NCBI GenBank assembly: GCA_028688375.1
Contig: JAQTYG010000001.1
Location: 183,420 to 247,419 of the forward strand
Reading direction: 5' to 3'
Length of the DNA: 64,000 bases
Source: Patescibacteria group bacterium
Lineage (GTDB): Bacteria > Patescibacteriota > Patescibacteriia > Magasanikbacterales > GWA2-37-8
Shown: one piece after another, positions 19,890 to 31,015 of the stretch
Position numbering within the stretch: position 1 is the stretch's first letter
Layout: the number at the start of each line of letters is the position of its first letter
Position numbers and translations under genes: made by a program
Notes under the pieces: generated by a model
Database searches by the model: none
Told to the model about the DNA's origin: nothing
The model's input: the letters and a program-made list of their open reading frames with translations, nothing else

Positions 19890-20825
19890 TCACTTTTGTT
19901 GTTTTAAAAAATATTCAATGGTTTTCTTTAAACCGTCTTCAAAATTAACAACCGGTTGCCACCCTAAGTACATTTTGGCTTTGGTGTTATCCAGCCGATT
20001 ACGCAACATCTCGCCGGGTCTATCCGGATTATATTCCGGGACAGCCTCGGGCTTCCCTAACAAGTCGGCGATTTTTTTATATAAAACATTCAGACTAATT
20101 TCATTGCTGTTGCCTAAATTAAATATCGGAATAATTTTCTCATCGCTCTCATAATCTAAAGCCAATAAATTAGCTCTTATCACGTCCCCGACATAAGTAT
20201 AATCTCTAGTCTTGGTGCCGTCGCCATAAATAGCCGCTCTCTTCCCGACATTAATAGACCGGATGTAATCAGCCATCGCGCCTCCCGTTTGACGCGGACC
20301 AAAAATGGTGGCAAATCTAAAAATTACGCAATTTAGCCCAAAAACATGACTATAAAATTGGACATAATTTTCTACGGCAAATTTTGAAATGATATATGGG
20401 TTATCCGGCATCACGGGCTCTGTTTCTTTGGTCGGTAAATTATTGGTGTTGCCATAAACAAAACCGGTGGAAGAAAAAATCACCTTCTTGGCTCCATACT
20501 GTTTTGAAAACTCCAGAGTTTTCAAACTACCCGTGATGCTACGAGAATCAAATATCGGATCTTCTACAGATTTTGGCACATTGGTATTGAAACCGAACAT
20601 ATACACAATCTCCGGCCGTTCTTTTTTAAAAACGTCTTCAAAATTTGGGTCATTCATATCTAATTCGTAAAACTCGGCTTTCAAATTTATGTTTTCGCGC
20701 TTGCCGGTGCTCAAATTATCAACCACGACGACTTTCGCTCCTTTCTCCAACAGAGCGTCTACCAAATGCGAACCGATAAATCCGGCTCCTCCGGTAACTA
20801 AAATTGTCTTGTTCTCTAAATTCAT
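19890..20825 (-). CDS. UDP-glucose 4-epimerase-like NAD-dependent epimerase
   Basis: VTGGAGFIGSHL, YIISK, GDGTKTRDY. Confidence 0.88.
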   Translation of the reverse strand: MNLENKTILVTGGAGFIGSHLVDALLEKGAKVVVVDNLSTGKRENINLKAEFYELDMNDPNFEDVFKKERPEIVYMFGFNTNVPKSVEDPIFDSRSITGSLKTLEFSKQYGAKKVIFSSTGFVYGNTNNLPTKETEPVMPDNPYIISKFAVENYVQFYSHVFGLNCVIFRFATIFGPRQTGGAMADYIRSINVGKRAAIYGDGTKTRDYTYVGDVIRANLLALDYESDEKIIPIFNLGNSNEISLNVLYKKIADLLGKPEAVPEYNPDRPGEMLRNRLDNTKAKMYLGWQPVVNFEDGLKKTIEYFLKQQK

Positions 20826-20827
20826 AA

Positions 20828-21487
20828 TTATTTTTTTCTAAACACTGACAATGAATCCTGAACTTCTAAAAATTCTAACGCCGGACTATTTTTTAATTCA
20901 GCAACTAACTTAATCGGTCCGGGCCAACCAATGAACCCGCCCGGTATAGTGGATGTCACCGGCGCGGAATCGTGAAAAGCCACCGTACCGCCTGACTGTA
21001 ATAAAGGAAACCATTGTAAAAAATCCTGTCTAACCGCTTCGTAGGTATGATCGCCATCGATAAAAATAAAATCGAATGGCTGTCGCCAGTTTTTCACCAC
21101 ATTAAAACTATAATCTTTAAAAAAATAAAATTTCGGATAAAAATTTAGGTTTTGCTTTATTTTTTCTTCATTTCCGATTAACCTCTCGTTCATACTGTCT
21201 GGAATAATCGGGTCAATTCCGTAAATGGGCGCTTGGGCCACTTTCGCCATTTCACGGGTGGTTAGGCCATCTAAAACACCTACCTCTACGATACCCACCC
21301 TCGCAATACAGGCATATTTTTGTAAAGTTTTCACTTCTAAATCAGTACTGAAACGATTGCCTTCTTTCGGGGTTTTGGGGAACAAACCCAGCCTAGTTTT
21401 AACCACATTTTTTATCACATGCGCAAACAGGCGCGGGTTACGCTTTAAAATATCAATTTTGTCTATAATTTTTTCTTTCAAATTCAT
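20828..21487 (-). CDS. Class I SAM methyltransferase (Methyltransf_24-like)
   Basis: VEVGVLDG, FDFIFIDGDHTYEAVRQD, AFHD. Confidence 0.85.
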   Translation of the reverse strand: MNLKEKIIDKIDILKRNPRLFAHVIKNVVKTRLGLFPKTPKEGNRFSTDLEVKTLQKYACIARVGIVEVGVLDGLTTREMAKVAQAPIYGIDPIIPDSMNERLIGNEEKIKQNLNFYPKFYFFKDYSFNVVKNWRQPFDFIFIDGDHTYEAVRQDFLQWFPLLQSGGTVAFHDSAPVTSTIPGGFIGWPGPIKLVAELKNSPALEFLEVQDSLSVFRKK

Positions 21488-21497
21488 AAGCGATTTT

Positions 21498-22565
21498 TTA
21501 ATACAATCTCAGCCGTATCAATATCCATTTCAACGGCAATTTAATGTACTTAGAAATAAAATGAACACCAAAGGCCAAATGTCGTTTTCGATTGGTGTAA
21601 TATTTTTTTATAGCACTTTGCTTTTCTTCGGGCGAAATTGTGATGCCGGGTACTAAAAACGGACGCGATAATTTTAAACGGTAATATTCTTTTGATTCAC
21701 GAAATTGCCCCAAAAATATCTCGTGTTTTTTGTAAAGATAATGTACGTTGCGTGCATAAATTGCTTCAAGTCCCGGAGTACCGGTTGTTTTATTATGCAT
21801 AGTTCCCCATTCAACCTCGGATTGAAATTTTAAGGCGAACACATAATTACGCAATCCCGCCTCAAGACAACGCAATGAAATATCATGACAAGACCAACCA
21901 ACCGGAGCCAACTGTTCATCCATAATTCCAATTTTATTTACGACTTCGCATGATAAGCACTGCGGACTGCCGATCGCCACCATGCGTTCAATCATTTCAT
22001 GCGGCGATAAAGGAATTGGGGACATGCCGGTGCCGTAAGCGCTTTCAATAATATTCCGCTCTTCAATTACCGGCTTTCTGCTTCTAAAATATTCACAAAT
22101 TTCCGGTCTGTCTTTTAAATAAATATTTACTCCGTGTCGGAAACCGAGATAACCAATATTAGAATATCCAAAATGATTATAAATTTTGAAAACCAAATTT
22201 TCCAAATCATAATCTTTTATTATTACATCATCCTGCACAATGATATTACACCCCGGCTCATTCTGCGACGCCGCGCGCAATCCGGCATTAATCTTTCTAA
22301 GTTCATGCACATCGGGAGTCAAAACTTTTGTAATTGGAACTTGGGGGTTCTTTTGAATAATTTCATCTATAATTTTTTCTGTATCATCCGTAGGACGGTC
22401 AAATACCGGATAAATATAACTATTTTCTTTACAACAAGCAAGAACCCCCTCCAAAACTTTGCCGATAAGCTCTTCCTTGTTGTGGATTGTAATAATGTAA
22501 TTAAATCGAAAATTCTTCACATTGATAGATAATAAATATTTTAATTGTGAATTGATATTTACCAA
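21498..22565 (-). CDS. GT2-like glycosyltransferase (start uncertain)
   Basis: ITIHNKE, FDRPTDDT, VQDDV, HDISLR. Confidence 0.65.
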   Translation of the reverse strand: MVNINSQLKYLLSINVKNFRFNYIITIHNKEELIGKVLEGVLACCKENSYIYPVFDRPTDDTEKIIDEIIQKNPQVPITKVLTPDVHELRKINAGLRAASQNEPGCNIIVQDDVIIKDYDLENLVFKIYNHFGYSNIGYLGFRHGVNIYLKDRPEICEYFRSRKPVIEERNIIESAYGTGMSPIPLSPHEMIERMVAIGSPQCLSCEVVNKIGIMDEQLAPVGWSCHDISLRCLEAGLRNYVFALKFQSEVEWGTMHNKTTGTPGLEAIYARNVHYLYKKHEIFLGQFRESKEYYRLKLSRPFLVPGITISPEEKQSAIKKYYTNRKRHLAFGVHFISKYIKLPLKWILIRLRLY

Positions 22566-22801
22566 TCCTTTGTTTTCTCAATGGTTTTCATTTTAACTTT
22601 TTGATAGATATCTGTGGCCCTCACATCAATTTCCGACGAAAGCATTTTTAATAATTCGTGACCCAAAATACGATATTGCTTACCGATTTTATTTGCCTTG
22701 AGCAGGCCGCTTTTCAACATCCGTTTAACCGTACTTTTACTCACCTTGAGAAGGCGTTCGGTTTCTACCGGTGTATATACTTCATTTGGCTTAATTTCCA
22801 T
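22559..22801 (-). CDS. Excisionase-like/MerR-type HTH_17 DNA-binding protein
   Basis: YTPVETERLLKVSKSTVKRMLKSGLLKANKIGKQYRI pattern; start taken at MEIKP. Confidence 0.85.
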   Translation of the reverse strand: MEIKPNEVYTPVETERLLKVSKSTVKRMLKSGLLKANKIGKQYRILGHELLKMLSSEIDVRATDIYQKVKMKTIEKTKDW

Positions 22802-22827
22802 ATTCTGCAATATCTATAATCGCATAT

Positions 22828-23697
22828 TTAAACCATTTGGCCGCGAATAATTGCTAAATTGTGTTCCAAATTATTGAAATTAAAATCAAACTTTTCTACC
22901 GCTAATTTATTAATCGTGGAACAATTCATCGGGCGCTTCGCAATTTGACCGAGCGATTTCGTGCCAACCGGCACGAGCAAATTTTTATCCCAACCAAAAT
23001 AATCACAAATTTTTACGGCGAAATCATATCGTCCGAATATTTCATTGCCAGTAGCGACAAATTTACCGACGACATCACTGGCTATGGCTTTTTTTATTAG
23101 ACGACACAAATCTAGAACAAAAGTCGGATTGCTGATTTGGTCAGTCATTATTCGCATGGCTTTTCCATCTTTCATATTACGATATAATTGCATAAAAAAA
23201 TTCATACCATCCGGGTCCCAGCCGTAAATAACCGTTGGCCTAAATATGATGTAATTTTTTAAAGCGGACACGATTTTTTCCCCTTCAACTTTCGTTTCGC
23301 CGTAATACTGCGCGGGATTAACCGCGTCATTTTCATCATAGCCGCCTTTCTTCCCGTCATAAACGTAATCGGATGAAATGTAAATTATCTTTTTATCGTG
23401 GTGCGCCGACCAAGCGGCCAGTATTTTTGTCGGCAAGACGTTGCACTTGTCCGCGAGCTCTTTTTCCATTTCGCATTTTTCCACATTAGACAAAGCCGCG
23501 AGGTGAACGATGACATCGGGTTGAAAACCATCTAAGATGTTTTTCAGAGCCGCCCTGTCGCTCACGTCAATCACTTTATCCACGAATTCGTTTTTTACGA
23601 TATCTATTCCGCAAATTTCAAAATCCGGCTTCAAAATTGAATAAAGATTTTTGCCGACAAAACCGCCGGAGCCGGTAATTAAAATCTTTTTACTCAT
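22828..23697 (-). CDS. rfbD: dTDP-4-dehydrorhamnose reductase-like SDR
   Basis: ISSDYVYDG, YGETK, DQISNPT, AKRP. Confidence 0.8.
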   Translation of the reverse strand: MSKKILITGSGGFVGKNLYSILKPDFEICGIDIVKNEFVDKVIDVSDRAALKNILDGFQPDVIVHLAALSNVEKCEMEKELADKCNVLPTKILAAWSAHHDKKIIYISSDYVYDGKKGGYDENDAVNPAQYYGETKVEGEKIVSALKNYIIFRPTVIYGWDPDGMNFFMQLYRNMKDGKAMRIMTDQISNPTFVLDLCRLIKKAIASDVVGKFVATGNEIFGRYDFAVKICDYFGWDKNLLVPVGTKSLGQIAKRPMNCSTINKLAVEKFDFNFNNLEHNLAIIRGQMV

Positions 23698-24139
23698 ATT
23701 TTATTTCCCAGTTATAGGGAATTTCTTTTGAAAACGGGTCCATTCTTTTTATTTCGTCCGGAGAATGGGGATGAGTGGCACAGTTAGCGACAATCGCCTC
23801 TTCAACGCCGATACCTTTGAAACCGTTCCAAACACCTGGCGGAATTGCCACCAAACTATAATTTTTATCACCAATGAATATCACTTGTAATTCGCCTTTA
23901 GTCGAAGAATCTTCCCGCGCGTCAAACAAAACGACTTTGATATTGCCCTTAACCACCGCGTAATTTAACGTCATTTCCGTATGCAGATGCCAACCCTTGA
24001 CTACCCCTGGATATACGGTAGAAAAATACATTTCACCAAATTGCTTAAATTCCGGGTCAGTGACTTTGAGCATATGCATAATGCTGCCACGTTCATCGGC
24101 AATCTTACGCAAAGGTTTAATAATAACTCCGTCTATCAT
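23690..24139 (-). CDS. rfbC: dTDP-4-dehydrorhamnose 3,5-epimerase family cupin
   Basis: DERG, GVVKGWHLH, IPPGVWNGF; start at MIDGV. Confidence 0.8.
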   Translation of the reverse strand: MIDGVIIKPLRKIADERGSIMHMLKVTDPEFKQFGEMYFSTVYPGVVKGWHLHTEMTLNYAVVKGNIKVVLFDAREDSSTKGELQVIFIGDKNYSLVAIPPGVWNGFKGIGVEEAIVANCATHPHSPDEIKRMDPFSKEIPYNWEIKYE

Positions 24140-24198
24140 ATTTATTGTATTAATGTGATTAAAAGCCCAATAATTTGAATAAAAAATGACACATAGAT

Positions 24199-24227
24199 AG
24201 TCTAACAGAGGTGTCATTAGGTGTCAA
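24199..24227 (-). promoter_or_regulatory. Sigma70-type promoter of glycan operon, overlapped by TGACACCT direct repeats
   Basis: Minus strand TTGACA-17 nt-TAGACT with extended -10 TG. Confidence 0.7.
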
Positions 24228-24320
24228 AAGGTGTCAGGAAGAGTTATCCACAGGGCACTAGAGAAAGCTTCGCTTTCACAGTGCCCTGCAGGCAGGGCGG
24301 GGTATACACCACTTCCGGAC

Positions 24321-25277
24321 TTATGCGGGGCGAGGCGCTTTATACCACTCATAAACGGACTTAACCCCCTCTTTCAGCCCGATCTTTTGCTTCCAGCCCA
24401 AAGCATTAATTTTGGAGATGTCCAATAATTTTTGTGGGGTGCCGTCCGGTTTGGAATCGTCCCAGACTACTTCTCCCTTACAATCGACGACTTGCTTTAT
24501 CAATTCGGCCAGCTCTCTGATGGTCACATCATTACCGGCGCCCAAATTAAAATATATTTCCCCCTTCTCGCTTTGTTCTTTAGTCGGATTGAAATTGTTC
24601 ATTAAAAAAACACAACCATCGGCCATATCATCCACGTGTAAAAATTCTCGATGCGGAGCGCCGGTCCCCCAAACCTCTACTGTCGGCGCGTTATTTATTT
24701 TTGCTTCGTGAAATTTACGAATCAGCGCCGGAATGACGTGAGAGTTTTTTAAATCAAAATTATCGTTCGGACCGTATAAATTTGTCGGCATGACAGCGAA
24801 AAAATCGGTGCCGTATTGCCGATTATAGCTCTGGCACATTTTTATTCCGGCAATTTTAGCCAGAGCGTAAGAATCGTTGGTCGGCTCAAGTTTGCCGGTC
24901 ATTAAGTATTCCTCTTTAATCGGTTGGGGGCATTCGCGCGGGTAAATACAGGAAGAACCGAGAAATAATAATTTTTTTACGCCGTTTAGATAAGACTGGT
25001 GAATGATATTATTTTGGATCTGTAAATTTTCGTAAATAAACTGCGCCGGATAAGTGTTGTTGGCTAAAATTCCACCGACTTTGGCCGCGGCCAAGAAAAC
25101 ATACTCCGGTTTGGCTTCAGAAAAAAAATCGGCCACAGCTGATTGATTGGTCAAATCCAATTCGACCAAAGTACGGAATATCAAATTGGTATAGCCTTCG
25201 GCCTGAAGCCGGCGCACTAAAGCCGAGCCGACCAAGCCGGTATGCCCCGCCACATAAATTTTAGCGTTCTTCTCCAT
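24321..25277 (-). CDS. fcl: GDP-L-fucose synthase
   Basis: [43 protein letters not shown]. Confidence 0.95.
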   Translation of the reverse strand: MEKNAKIYVAGHTGLVGSALVRRLQAEGYTNLIFRTLVELDLTNQSAVADFFSEAKPEYVFLAAAKVGGILANNTYPAQFIYENLQIQNNIIHQSYLNGVKKLLFLGSSCIYPRECPQPIKEEYLMTGKLEPTNDSYALAKIAGIKMCQSYNRQYGTDFFAVMPTNLYGPNDNFDLKNSHVIPALIRKFHEAKINNAPTVEVWGTGAPHREFLHVDDMADGCVFLMNNFNPTKEQSEKGEIYFNLGAGNDVTIRELAELIKQVVDCKGEVVWDDSKPDGTPQKLLDISKINALGWKQKIGLKEGVKSVYEWYKAPRPA

Positions 25278-25282
25278 AATAT

Positions 25283-26347
25283 TTACTCCCTCCCCCTCTT
25301 ATTCTCCCCCTCTGGCAGGGGGAGAGAAGCGCCCTCCGCTTCACACATGATTTTCACCAGCTCTACGAACTTTACTTTCGGTTCCCAACCAAATGCTTGT
25401 TTGGCCTTGGTGGCGTCGCCCAACAGAAAATCCACTTCCGCCGGACGATAATACTCCGGATCAATGGCAATAATCACCTGGCCGGTTTTTTTATCCACGC
25501 CTTTTTCTTCCAGACCACTCCCCTGCCAAATCAATTCAAAACCGAAATATTTAGCCGCTTCTTCGGCGAACTCCCGCACGCTATGCGATTCGCCGGTGGC
25601 AATAACATAATCGTCCGGCTTATCTTGCTGGAGCATCTGCCACATCGCCTCCACATAATCTTTGGCGTAACCCCAATCGCGTTTGGCTTCCAAGTTGCCG
25701 AGGAATAATTTTTCTTGTTTACCGGCTTTTATTTGCGCTAAACCGTGAGTAATTTTTTTCGTAACGAAAGTTCCGCCTCGACGCGGTGATTCATGGTTGA
25801 AAAGAATGCCGTTGCAAATAAACATGCCGTAGGACTCCCGATAATTCACCGCGATATTATGCGCGTAAACCTTGGCGCAACCATACGGACTGCGGGGATA
25901 AAAAGGTGTAGTTTCTTTTTGCGGCGTCTCCAACACTTTACCAAACATTTCTGAAGAACCGGCTTGATAAAATTTTGTTTTAAAACCGGTGTCGCGAATG
26001 GCATCCAGCAAACGCAGGGTGCCCACCCCGTCGGCATCAGCCGTATACTCCGGTAATTCAAAACTGACTTTAACGTGGCTTTGCGCGCCCAAATTGTACA
26101 CCTCGTCCGGTTTAACTTTTTCTATAATGCGGTTGAGGTTACTGCCATCAGTTAAATCACCATAATGCAGGAACATTTTTGCGCCCTGGTTATGCGGGTC
26201 GCTATAAATATGGTCAATTCGTCCGGTGTTGAAACTGCTGGAGCGGCGGATAATACCGTGCACTTCATAACCCTTATCCAACAAAAACTCCGCTAGGTAA
26301 GAGCCATCTTGGCCGGTGATACCGGTGATAAGCGCTTTTTTAGGCAT
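25283..26347 (-). CDS. gmd: GDP-mannose 4,6-dehydratase, C-terminus derived from a repeat
   Basis: [31 protein letters not shown]. Confidence 0.97.
   Translation of the reverse strand: MPKKALITGITGQDGSYLAEFLLDKGYEVHGIIRRSSSFNTGRIDHIYSDPHNQGAKMFLHYGDLTDGSNLNRIIEKVKPDEVYNLGAQSHVKVSFELPEYTADADGVGTLRLLDAIRDTGFKTKFYQAGSSEMFGKVLETPQKETTPFYPRSPYGCAKVYAHNIAVNYRESYGMFICNGILFNHESPRRGGTFVTKKITHGLAQIKAGKQEKLFLGNLEAKRDWGYAKDYVEAMWQMLQQDKPDDYVIATGESHSVREFAEEAAKYFGFELIWQGSGLEEKGVDKKTGQVIIAIDPEYYRPAEVDFLLGDATKAKQAFGWEPKVKFVELVKIMCEAEGASLPLPEGENKRGRE
25286..25333. repeat. Palindromic repeat, family B (ctccccct...agggggaga), copy in gmd
   Basis: 45/48 identical to 31337..31384. Confidence 0.85.
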
Positions 26348-26360
26348 AAAATAATTATGA

Positions 26361-28439
26361 TTATTTTTTAGTCGCAGCGGCCGCGGTGGAGGTGCCGTTG
26401 GGGAATATTTGATTAATGTAATCTTTGTCTTGGTCCGTAAAAACCGCTTTATTCTTGTCGGCCAAAGTCCAAACCGACGGTATTTTTTCCGGCTGTCCGG
26501 TCAATTGGTAGATATAGGCTAAACGCCAGTAACCTTCTCCCGGACGCGGATTGTCAGCAATGGTTTGCAATAATAAACTAACCGCTTCATCCGGTTTATT
26601 TATCTGCGTATCCAACATGGCCAGCGCATAGATAATTTGCTGACGATGCGGAGAGTTAACTAGCGCTTGGCGTAAATAATTTTCCGATTCTTGAACGTAA
26701 AGTTGGTTATTTTCGATATACGCCTTGAATTGCGCCAATTGATAGAGGTTTAGATAGTTGCGCACATCTAAGGGATGGAGAATCGTATTCTTATTCAATT
26801 CGGCATAACAAAAATCCAAAACGCTTTTTATTATTTCATTGTTTAAGCTTTTCTGCTTTTCCGCGGCGTATAACATTTGCACGGCCGAACGACTCAAGTC
26901 GCTTCTAATATCATCAATATGAGGCGACCCGACAGAGACGGCGATTTTCATTTTTTCCAAACTGGCTGATGGATTAAGCGAAAGGGTTTTGATCGCATCC
27001 AACGTGGCCATGTTCGCCCGAGCCGGTTGGATATTAAAAATAAGGATGACGATAAAAGTCAGCAGGCCGACGGTGCAGACCGCGCCCAAACTAATCCGTT
27101 CGTTCGGTTCCGTTTTATAATTTTTATTTTTCTCGTTTCCCGCTATTTGCTCTTTATCGGTTGTAAGCTGATTAATCATCGCCAACCAACACATGAAATA
27201 TAGATACGAAGTAATATTTTCAAACACGGTAAGGTTACTGACAAAATGCGCGGCTAAAAATCCGCAACCAATCGCCAAAAGATGAACATCGATGCGTTCT
27301 CGCCGATAAGCTTGGATCAGCGCGATGGCCGCCACGATAAACAACGCGAAATACGTTAAAAAACCGACCGCACCCTGCACCGCTAATGTGTTCATGACAA
27401 TGTTGTGCGCGTTATCGAACCACGTTTCACTATAACCAAAATCCAGCGAGCGAGCGGTGTAATTGTAATTAAACGCGTAGAAATAATTATTCGGACCCCA
27501 GCCGAAAAACGGCCGTTGTAAAAAGCTTTCCCAAGCAATTTCCCAGGCCACCCAGCGCGGAGTCGCTTTGACATCTGTCCAGGAGGTATTTACCGCGCGG
27601 CCCACAGCCGGCATATTACTAACAAAATCAGTTTTGCGATAATTGTAAAGCAAGCCGACGATCAACACTACCAAAATCATTAAACCGAATAAAGAATATC
27701 GAGTTTTCGGATGTCCGCGAAGAGCCAGGGCGTAGGTAAAAATACACGCGCCGACGCCGGCCAGCAAACCCAATACCGCTCCTCTGGTACCACTGTAAAG
27801 GAGGCCGAGAAAAGCAAAGAACATCAAAAATAAATATATGCCTTGCCAAATTCTATTTTTATCTTTTACAAAAAGTAGAAACGCCAAAAACAAGAGGAAT
27901 AAACCATAGCCACCAACATAAATCGGGTTGCCTAGAGTACTGCCGACACGGCCGCTGCCCCCATTCAAAAGCAAATCCGGATTGGCGATTTGCAAAGCGC
28001 CGACAAACATAACGAGCGAGCCGGCTAAAAGAAGGACCCGCAACAACCATTTCCAATCAGTCCAAGTTTTAAAAAACTGGCTGGCCAATAAATAAAAAAC
28101 AAAGTAATGAAGGATGGTATAAAAGCCAAGCATTCTCTCGTGATTATCCCAAAAACTATGATAGGCGTCCGCGCCGACAAAAGTGGAGATGCCAAAACTA
28201 ATGACATAAAACGCGACCACGGCCGCGGTCAACGGCGTAAAACGCGGTTTGTATTCTTGCCAATTGATGATCAGAAGCAAAATATAAGCGCCGAGCATTA
28301 TTTCCACTAAAGAGCGGAACACCACTATTTTCGGCACGATAAAAGGGAAAATAAACGAACTGGGAATAACGATAAGCGGTACAAAAAAACTGACGTAAAT
28401 CAGGGCCTTGATAACAAATTCTAATTTCTTGCGATTCAT
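26361..28439 (-). CDS. O-antigen ligase / O-oligosaccharyltransferase family protein with C-terminal TPR-like region
   Basis: [28 protein letters not shown]; start at MNRKK. Confidence 0.85.
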   Translation of the reverse strand: MNRKKLEFVIKALIYVSFFVPLIVIPSSFIFPFIVPKIVVFRSLVEIMLGAYILLLIINWQEYKPRFTPLTAAVVAFYVISFGISTFVGADAYHSFWDNHERMLGFYTILHYFVFYLLASQFFKTWTDWKWLLRVLLLAGSLVMFVGALQIANPDLLLNGGSGRVGSTLGNPIYVGGYGLFLLFLAFLLFVKDKNRIWQGIYLFLMFFAFLGLLYSGTRGAVLGLLAGVGACIFTYALALRGHPKTRYSLFGLMILVVLIVGLLYNYRKTDFVSNMPAVGRAVNTSWTDVKATPRWVAWEIAWESFLQRPFFGWGPNNYFYAFNYNYTARSLDFGYSETWFDNAHNIVMNTLAVQGAVGFLTYFALFIVAAIALIQAYRRERIDVHLLAIGCGFLAAHFVSNLTVFENITSYLYFMCWLAMINQLTTDKEQIAGNEKNKNYKTEPNERISLGAVCTVGLLTFIVILIFNIQPARANMATLDAIKTLSLNPSASLEKMKIAVSVGSPHIDDIRSDLSRSAVQMLYAAEKQKSLNNEIIKSVLDFCYAELNKNTILHPLDVRNYLNLYQLAQFKAYIENNQLYVQESENYLRQALVNSPHRQQIIYALAMLDTQINKPDEAVSLLLQTIADNPRPGEGYWRLAYIYQLTGQPEKIPSVWTLADKNKAVFTDQDKDYINQIFPNGTSTAAAATKK

Positions 28440-28482
28440 ATTAAATAAGGATAAAAAACCGGCCAGAACCCGGTTTATTCTT

Positions 28483-28510
28483 CTGGATCCCCGCCTGCGC
28501 GAGGATGACA
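28483..28510. repeat. Palindromic repeat, family A (ctggattcccgcc..gcgggaatgaca-like)
   Basis: Related copies at 42181, 45542, 46637, 49211 (inverted), 49256, 58753, 61285. Confidence 0.85.
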
Positions 28511-28622
28511 AATTAATGATATTATTTTACGCAAAAACGGGCTAAACGTCAAATGGTAGTCGCGTATTGATTGTGCGGGGAAAATATGATACCCTAAGTA
28601 CTCGGACGACGAACAAAAAAAT

Positions 28623-29078
28623 ATGCAATACCGGACAAAAAATGAAAGTGAGACGGCGGAAGTTGGCAGAAAAACGGCAGCCGAACTCAACGGCGGTGAT
28701 ATCTTGTGTTTATACGGAGATCTGGGAGCCGGCAAGACAACCCTGGTAAAAGGGTTGGCCCGAGGGCTAGGACTTCGGCGCCGGATCACCAGCCCGACGT
28801 TCGCGCTAATGAATATATACGACGTACGAACCGCGAAAGACGCGGCGGTGCGCAAATTGGTTCACATCGACACCTACCGCTTGGAGAATGAGCGGGAATT
28901 AGTTGAAATCGGAATTGAAGATTATCTGGGCGCGCCGAACACGATTTGCGTGATTGAGTGGCCGGAAAAAATTAAGGGATTGCTTAAAAATAAAAAAACG
29001 CTCAATGTGCGGATTGAGCATACAAAAACCGGAAGGACGATCGTAGTAAACAGAAATTTGAAAACAGAAAACAGGTAA
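28623..29078 (+). CDS. tsaE: tRNA t6A biosynthesis ATPase
   Basis: GDLGAGKT, ITSPTF, HIDTYRL, IEWPE. Confidence 0.95.
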   Translation: MQYRTKNESETAEVGRKTAAELNGGDILCLYGDLGAGKTTLVKGLARGLGLRRRITSPTFALMNIYDVRTAKDAAVRKLVHIDTYRLENERELVEIGIEDYLGAPNTICVIEWPEKIKGLLKNKKTLNVRIEHTKTGRTIVVNRNLKTENR

Positions 29079-29093
29079 GTGACGATTTTCTGT

Positions 29094-29648
29094 TTACTGC
29101 TTTCTAATTACTGTTTTCTTTTGGCTATACCGGCATCCACAATAATTCTGCCGATAAATGCCTCTCTCTTCGACTAGTTTCTTTGCCTTGATCTGTCGCC
29201 CAGATTTCTTCCAATCTTCCGGGTAAAACTTGATGCCAAATTCATCCGCCAGCGCCCAGCCGATCGGGTTTATCACCTCGGCTTTTTTGTTTCGGCCCAT
29301 GGTCAGTGAGGTGGCAAACAAACTAAAACCATGTTGCGCGGCGTATTCGGCCGTTCGGCGCAGGCGCAAACCAAAACAAACCGGACAGCGCTCCCCCATC
29401 TCAGGCTCATGTTCCAGCCCGGCGACAGCCTTATCCCATTTGGTCGACTCATAATCAGCGTCCACCATCGAGATTTGCCATTCGTCACACACGCGTACCA
29501 CTTCGGCCTTGCGTTTTAAATATTCCGCTTCGGGATAAATGTTGGGATTATAAAAAAAGACGGTCAGAACGTATTTTGACCGGAGCTCATCAATGACGGC
29601 AATGGAGCAGGGCGCACAGCAGACGTGCAACAATAATTTTATTGGCAT
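29094..29648 (-). CDS. queH: Epoxyqueuosine reductase
   Basis: LLHVCCAPCS, FYNPNIYP, RCPVC, YRQNYCGCRYS; start at MPIKL. Confidence 0.92.
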   Translation of the reverse strand: MPIKLLLHVCCAPCSIAVIDELRSKYVLTVFFYNPNIYPEAEYLKRKAEVVRVCDEWQISMVDADYESTKWDKAVAGLEHEPEMGERCPVCFGLRLRRTAEYAAQHGFSLFATSLTMGRNKKAEVINPIGWALADEFGIKFYPEDWKKSGRQIKAKKLVEERGIYRQNYCGCRYSQKKTVIRKQ

Positions 29649-29659
29649 AAAATTCTTAA

Positions 29660-29770
29660 AATCCCAATAACCAATTCCCAATGACCAAAAAATGACTAAA
29701 ATTCAAATGACCAATTGGATATTGGGATTTGTGATTTGATTGGTCATTGGACATTAGAGCTTGGTCATTA
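29660..29770. repeat. Imperfect heptamer repeats in inverted arms
   Basis: aatgacc/aattccc-type units followed by ggtcatt/gatattg-type units. Confidence 0.6.
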
Positions 29771-31006
29771 TCCTAAGTACTTCTTTCCTCGCAATTCCTT
29801 CGGAAGGTACTCTTGGTCTTCCTTATAATCAAACTCCGGAGAATATTTATAGTCCTTGCCGTAACCGATTTCTTTCATAAACTTGGTCGGCGCATTGCGC
29901 AAATGCAACGGCACACCGAGATGCGAGGTGGCGCGAGCGTCCTCGGCCGCCGCGCCGTAGGCCGTATATAACAAATTAGATTTTTTTGACTTGGCGCAAT
30001 AGACCACGGCCTGGGCCAAATGCACGGTGCACTCCGGATAACCGATTTTATGGCAAGCGTCGTAAGCGGCATTGGCCTGGATCATGGCCTCGCCGTTGGC
30101 CATACCGATATCTTCGCTGGCGAATCGCAATACTCGACGCGCCACGTAAAGCGGGTCGGCTCCGCCTTCCAGCATGCGCGCCAACCAATACAAAGCGGCG
30201 TCCGGATCGCTGCCGCGCATGGATTTGTGCAGAGCGGAAATGAGATTGTAAAACTCTTCGCCTTTTTTATCAAAAATCAAATGGGTTTTTTGCAAAGCCT
30301 CTTTGATATCCTCTTTGGTAATTTTAATAGACGACTTACCTCCTTTAACTTGCGCCTTCACCGCCAGCTCCAAACCGTTCAACGCCACGCGCGCGTCACC
30401 GCCGGCCAGCTCGGCTAATATTTCAATGACCTGGTCGTCAATTTTAATATTCAAATTTCCCAGACCGCTGTCTTTGTCGGCTAAAGCGCGCCGGATAATA
30501 GCCGTGATATCCGCCGGCGCGAGTGATTTTAAAATAAATACGCGCGACCGCGACAGCAGCGCGCCGATGATTTCAAACGACGGATTTTCCGTGGTGGCGC
30601 CGATTAAAATCAACGTCCCTTTTTCCACGTAAGGCAACAGCGCGTCTTGTTGGGCCTTATTCCAACGATGGATTTCATCAATAAACAAAACCGTGCGCCG
30701 GCCCTCGGCCAATTTTTCCTTGGCTTCTGCCACCACTCGGCGCAACTCTTCTTTACCGCTCATCACCGCGGAAATCTGCACAAAATGCGCGTGGGATTTT
30801 TCCGCCACAATGCCGGCTAAAGTGGTCTTCCCCACTCCGGGCGGACCCCAAAAAATAAGCGAGGAAACATCGTCGCTTTCCACTAATTTTCGCAGGAGAC
30901 GCCCCGCGCCGACCACCTCCTCCTGCCCGAAAAAATCTTCAAAATTTTTCGGCCGCATTCTGTCGGCGAGCGGCGCTGTATTTTTACTCGCTGGCCTCTC
31001 GCTCAT
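29768..31006 (-). CDS. rarA: Replication-associated recombination protein A
   Basis: PLADRMRP, WGPPGVGKTT, FIDEIHR, GATTENP, ISALHKSMRGSD. Confidence 0.96.
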   Translation of the reverse strand: MSERPASKNTAPLADRMRPKNFEDFFGQEEVVGAGRLLRKLVESDDVSSLIFWGPPGVGKTTLAGIVAEKSHAHFVQISAVMSGKEELRRVVAEAKEKLAEGRRTVLFIDEIHRWNKAQQDALLPYVEKGTLILIGATTENPSFEIIGALLSRSRVFILKSLAPADITAIIRRALADKDSGLGNLNIKIDDQVIEILAELAGGDARVALNGLELAVKAQVKGGKSSIKITKEDIKEALQKTHLIFDKKGEEFYNLISALHKSMRGSDPDAALYWLARMLEGGADPLYVARRVLRFASEDIGMANGEAMIQANAAYDACHKIGYPECTVHLAQAVVYCAKSKKSNLLYTAYGAAAEDARATSHLGVPLHLRNAPTKFMKEIGYGKDYKYSPEFDYKEDQEYLPKELRGKKYLG

Positions 31007-31015
31007 ATGATGATG

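Noticed and set aside
22559-22801. Prophage excisionase marking a mobile element
   Set aside because: No integrase or att sites nearby; it is embedded in the glycan operon, so a regulator is more likely.
24244-24252. Replication origin
   Set aside because: Only a single DnaA box, with no box cluster and no dnaA/dnaN nearby.
28440-28511. N-terminal extension MSSSRRRGSRR of the ligase ORF
   Set aside because: It is translation through a family-A repeat from a non-ATG start; MNRKK at 28439 is the more plausible start.
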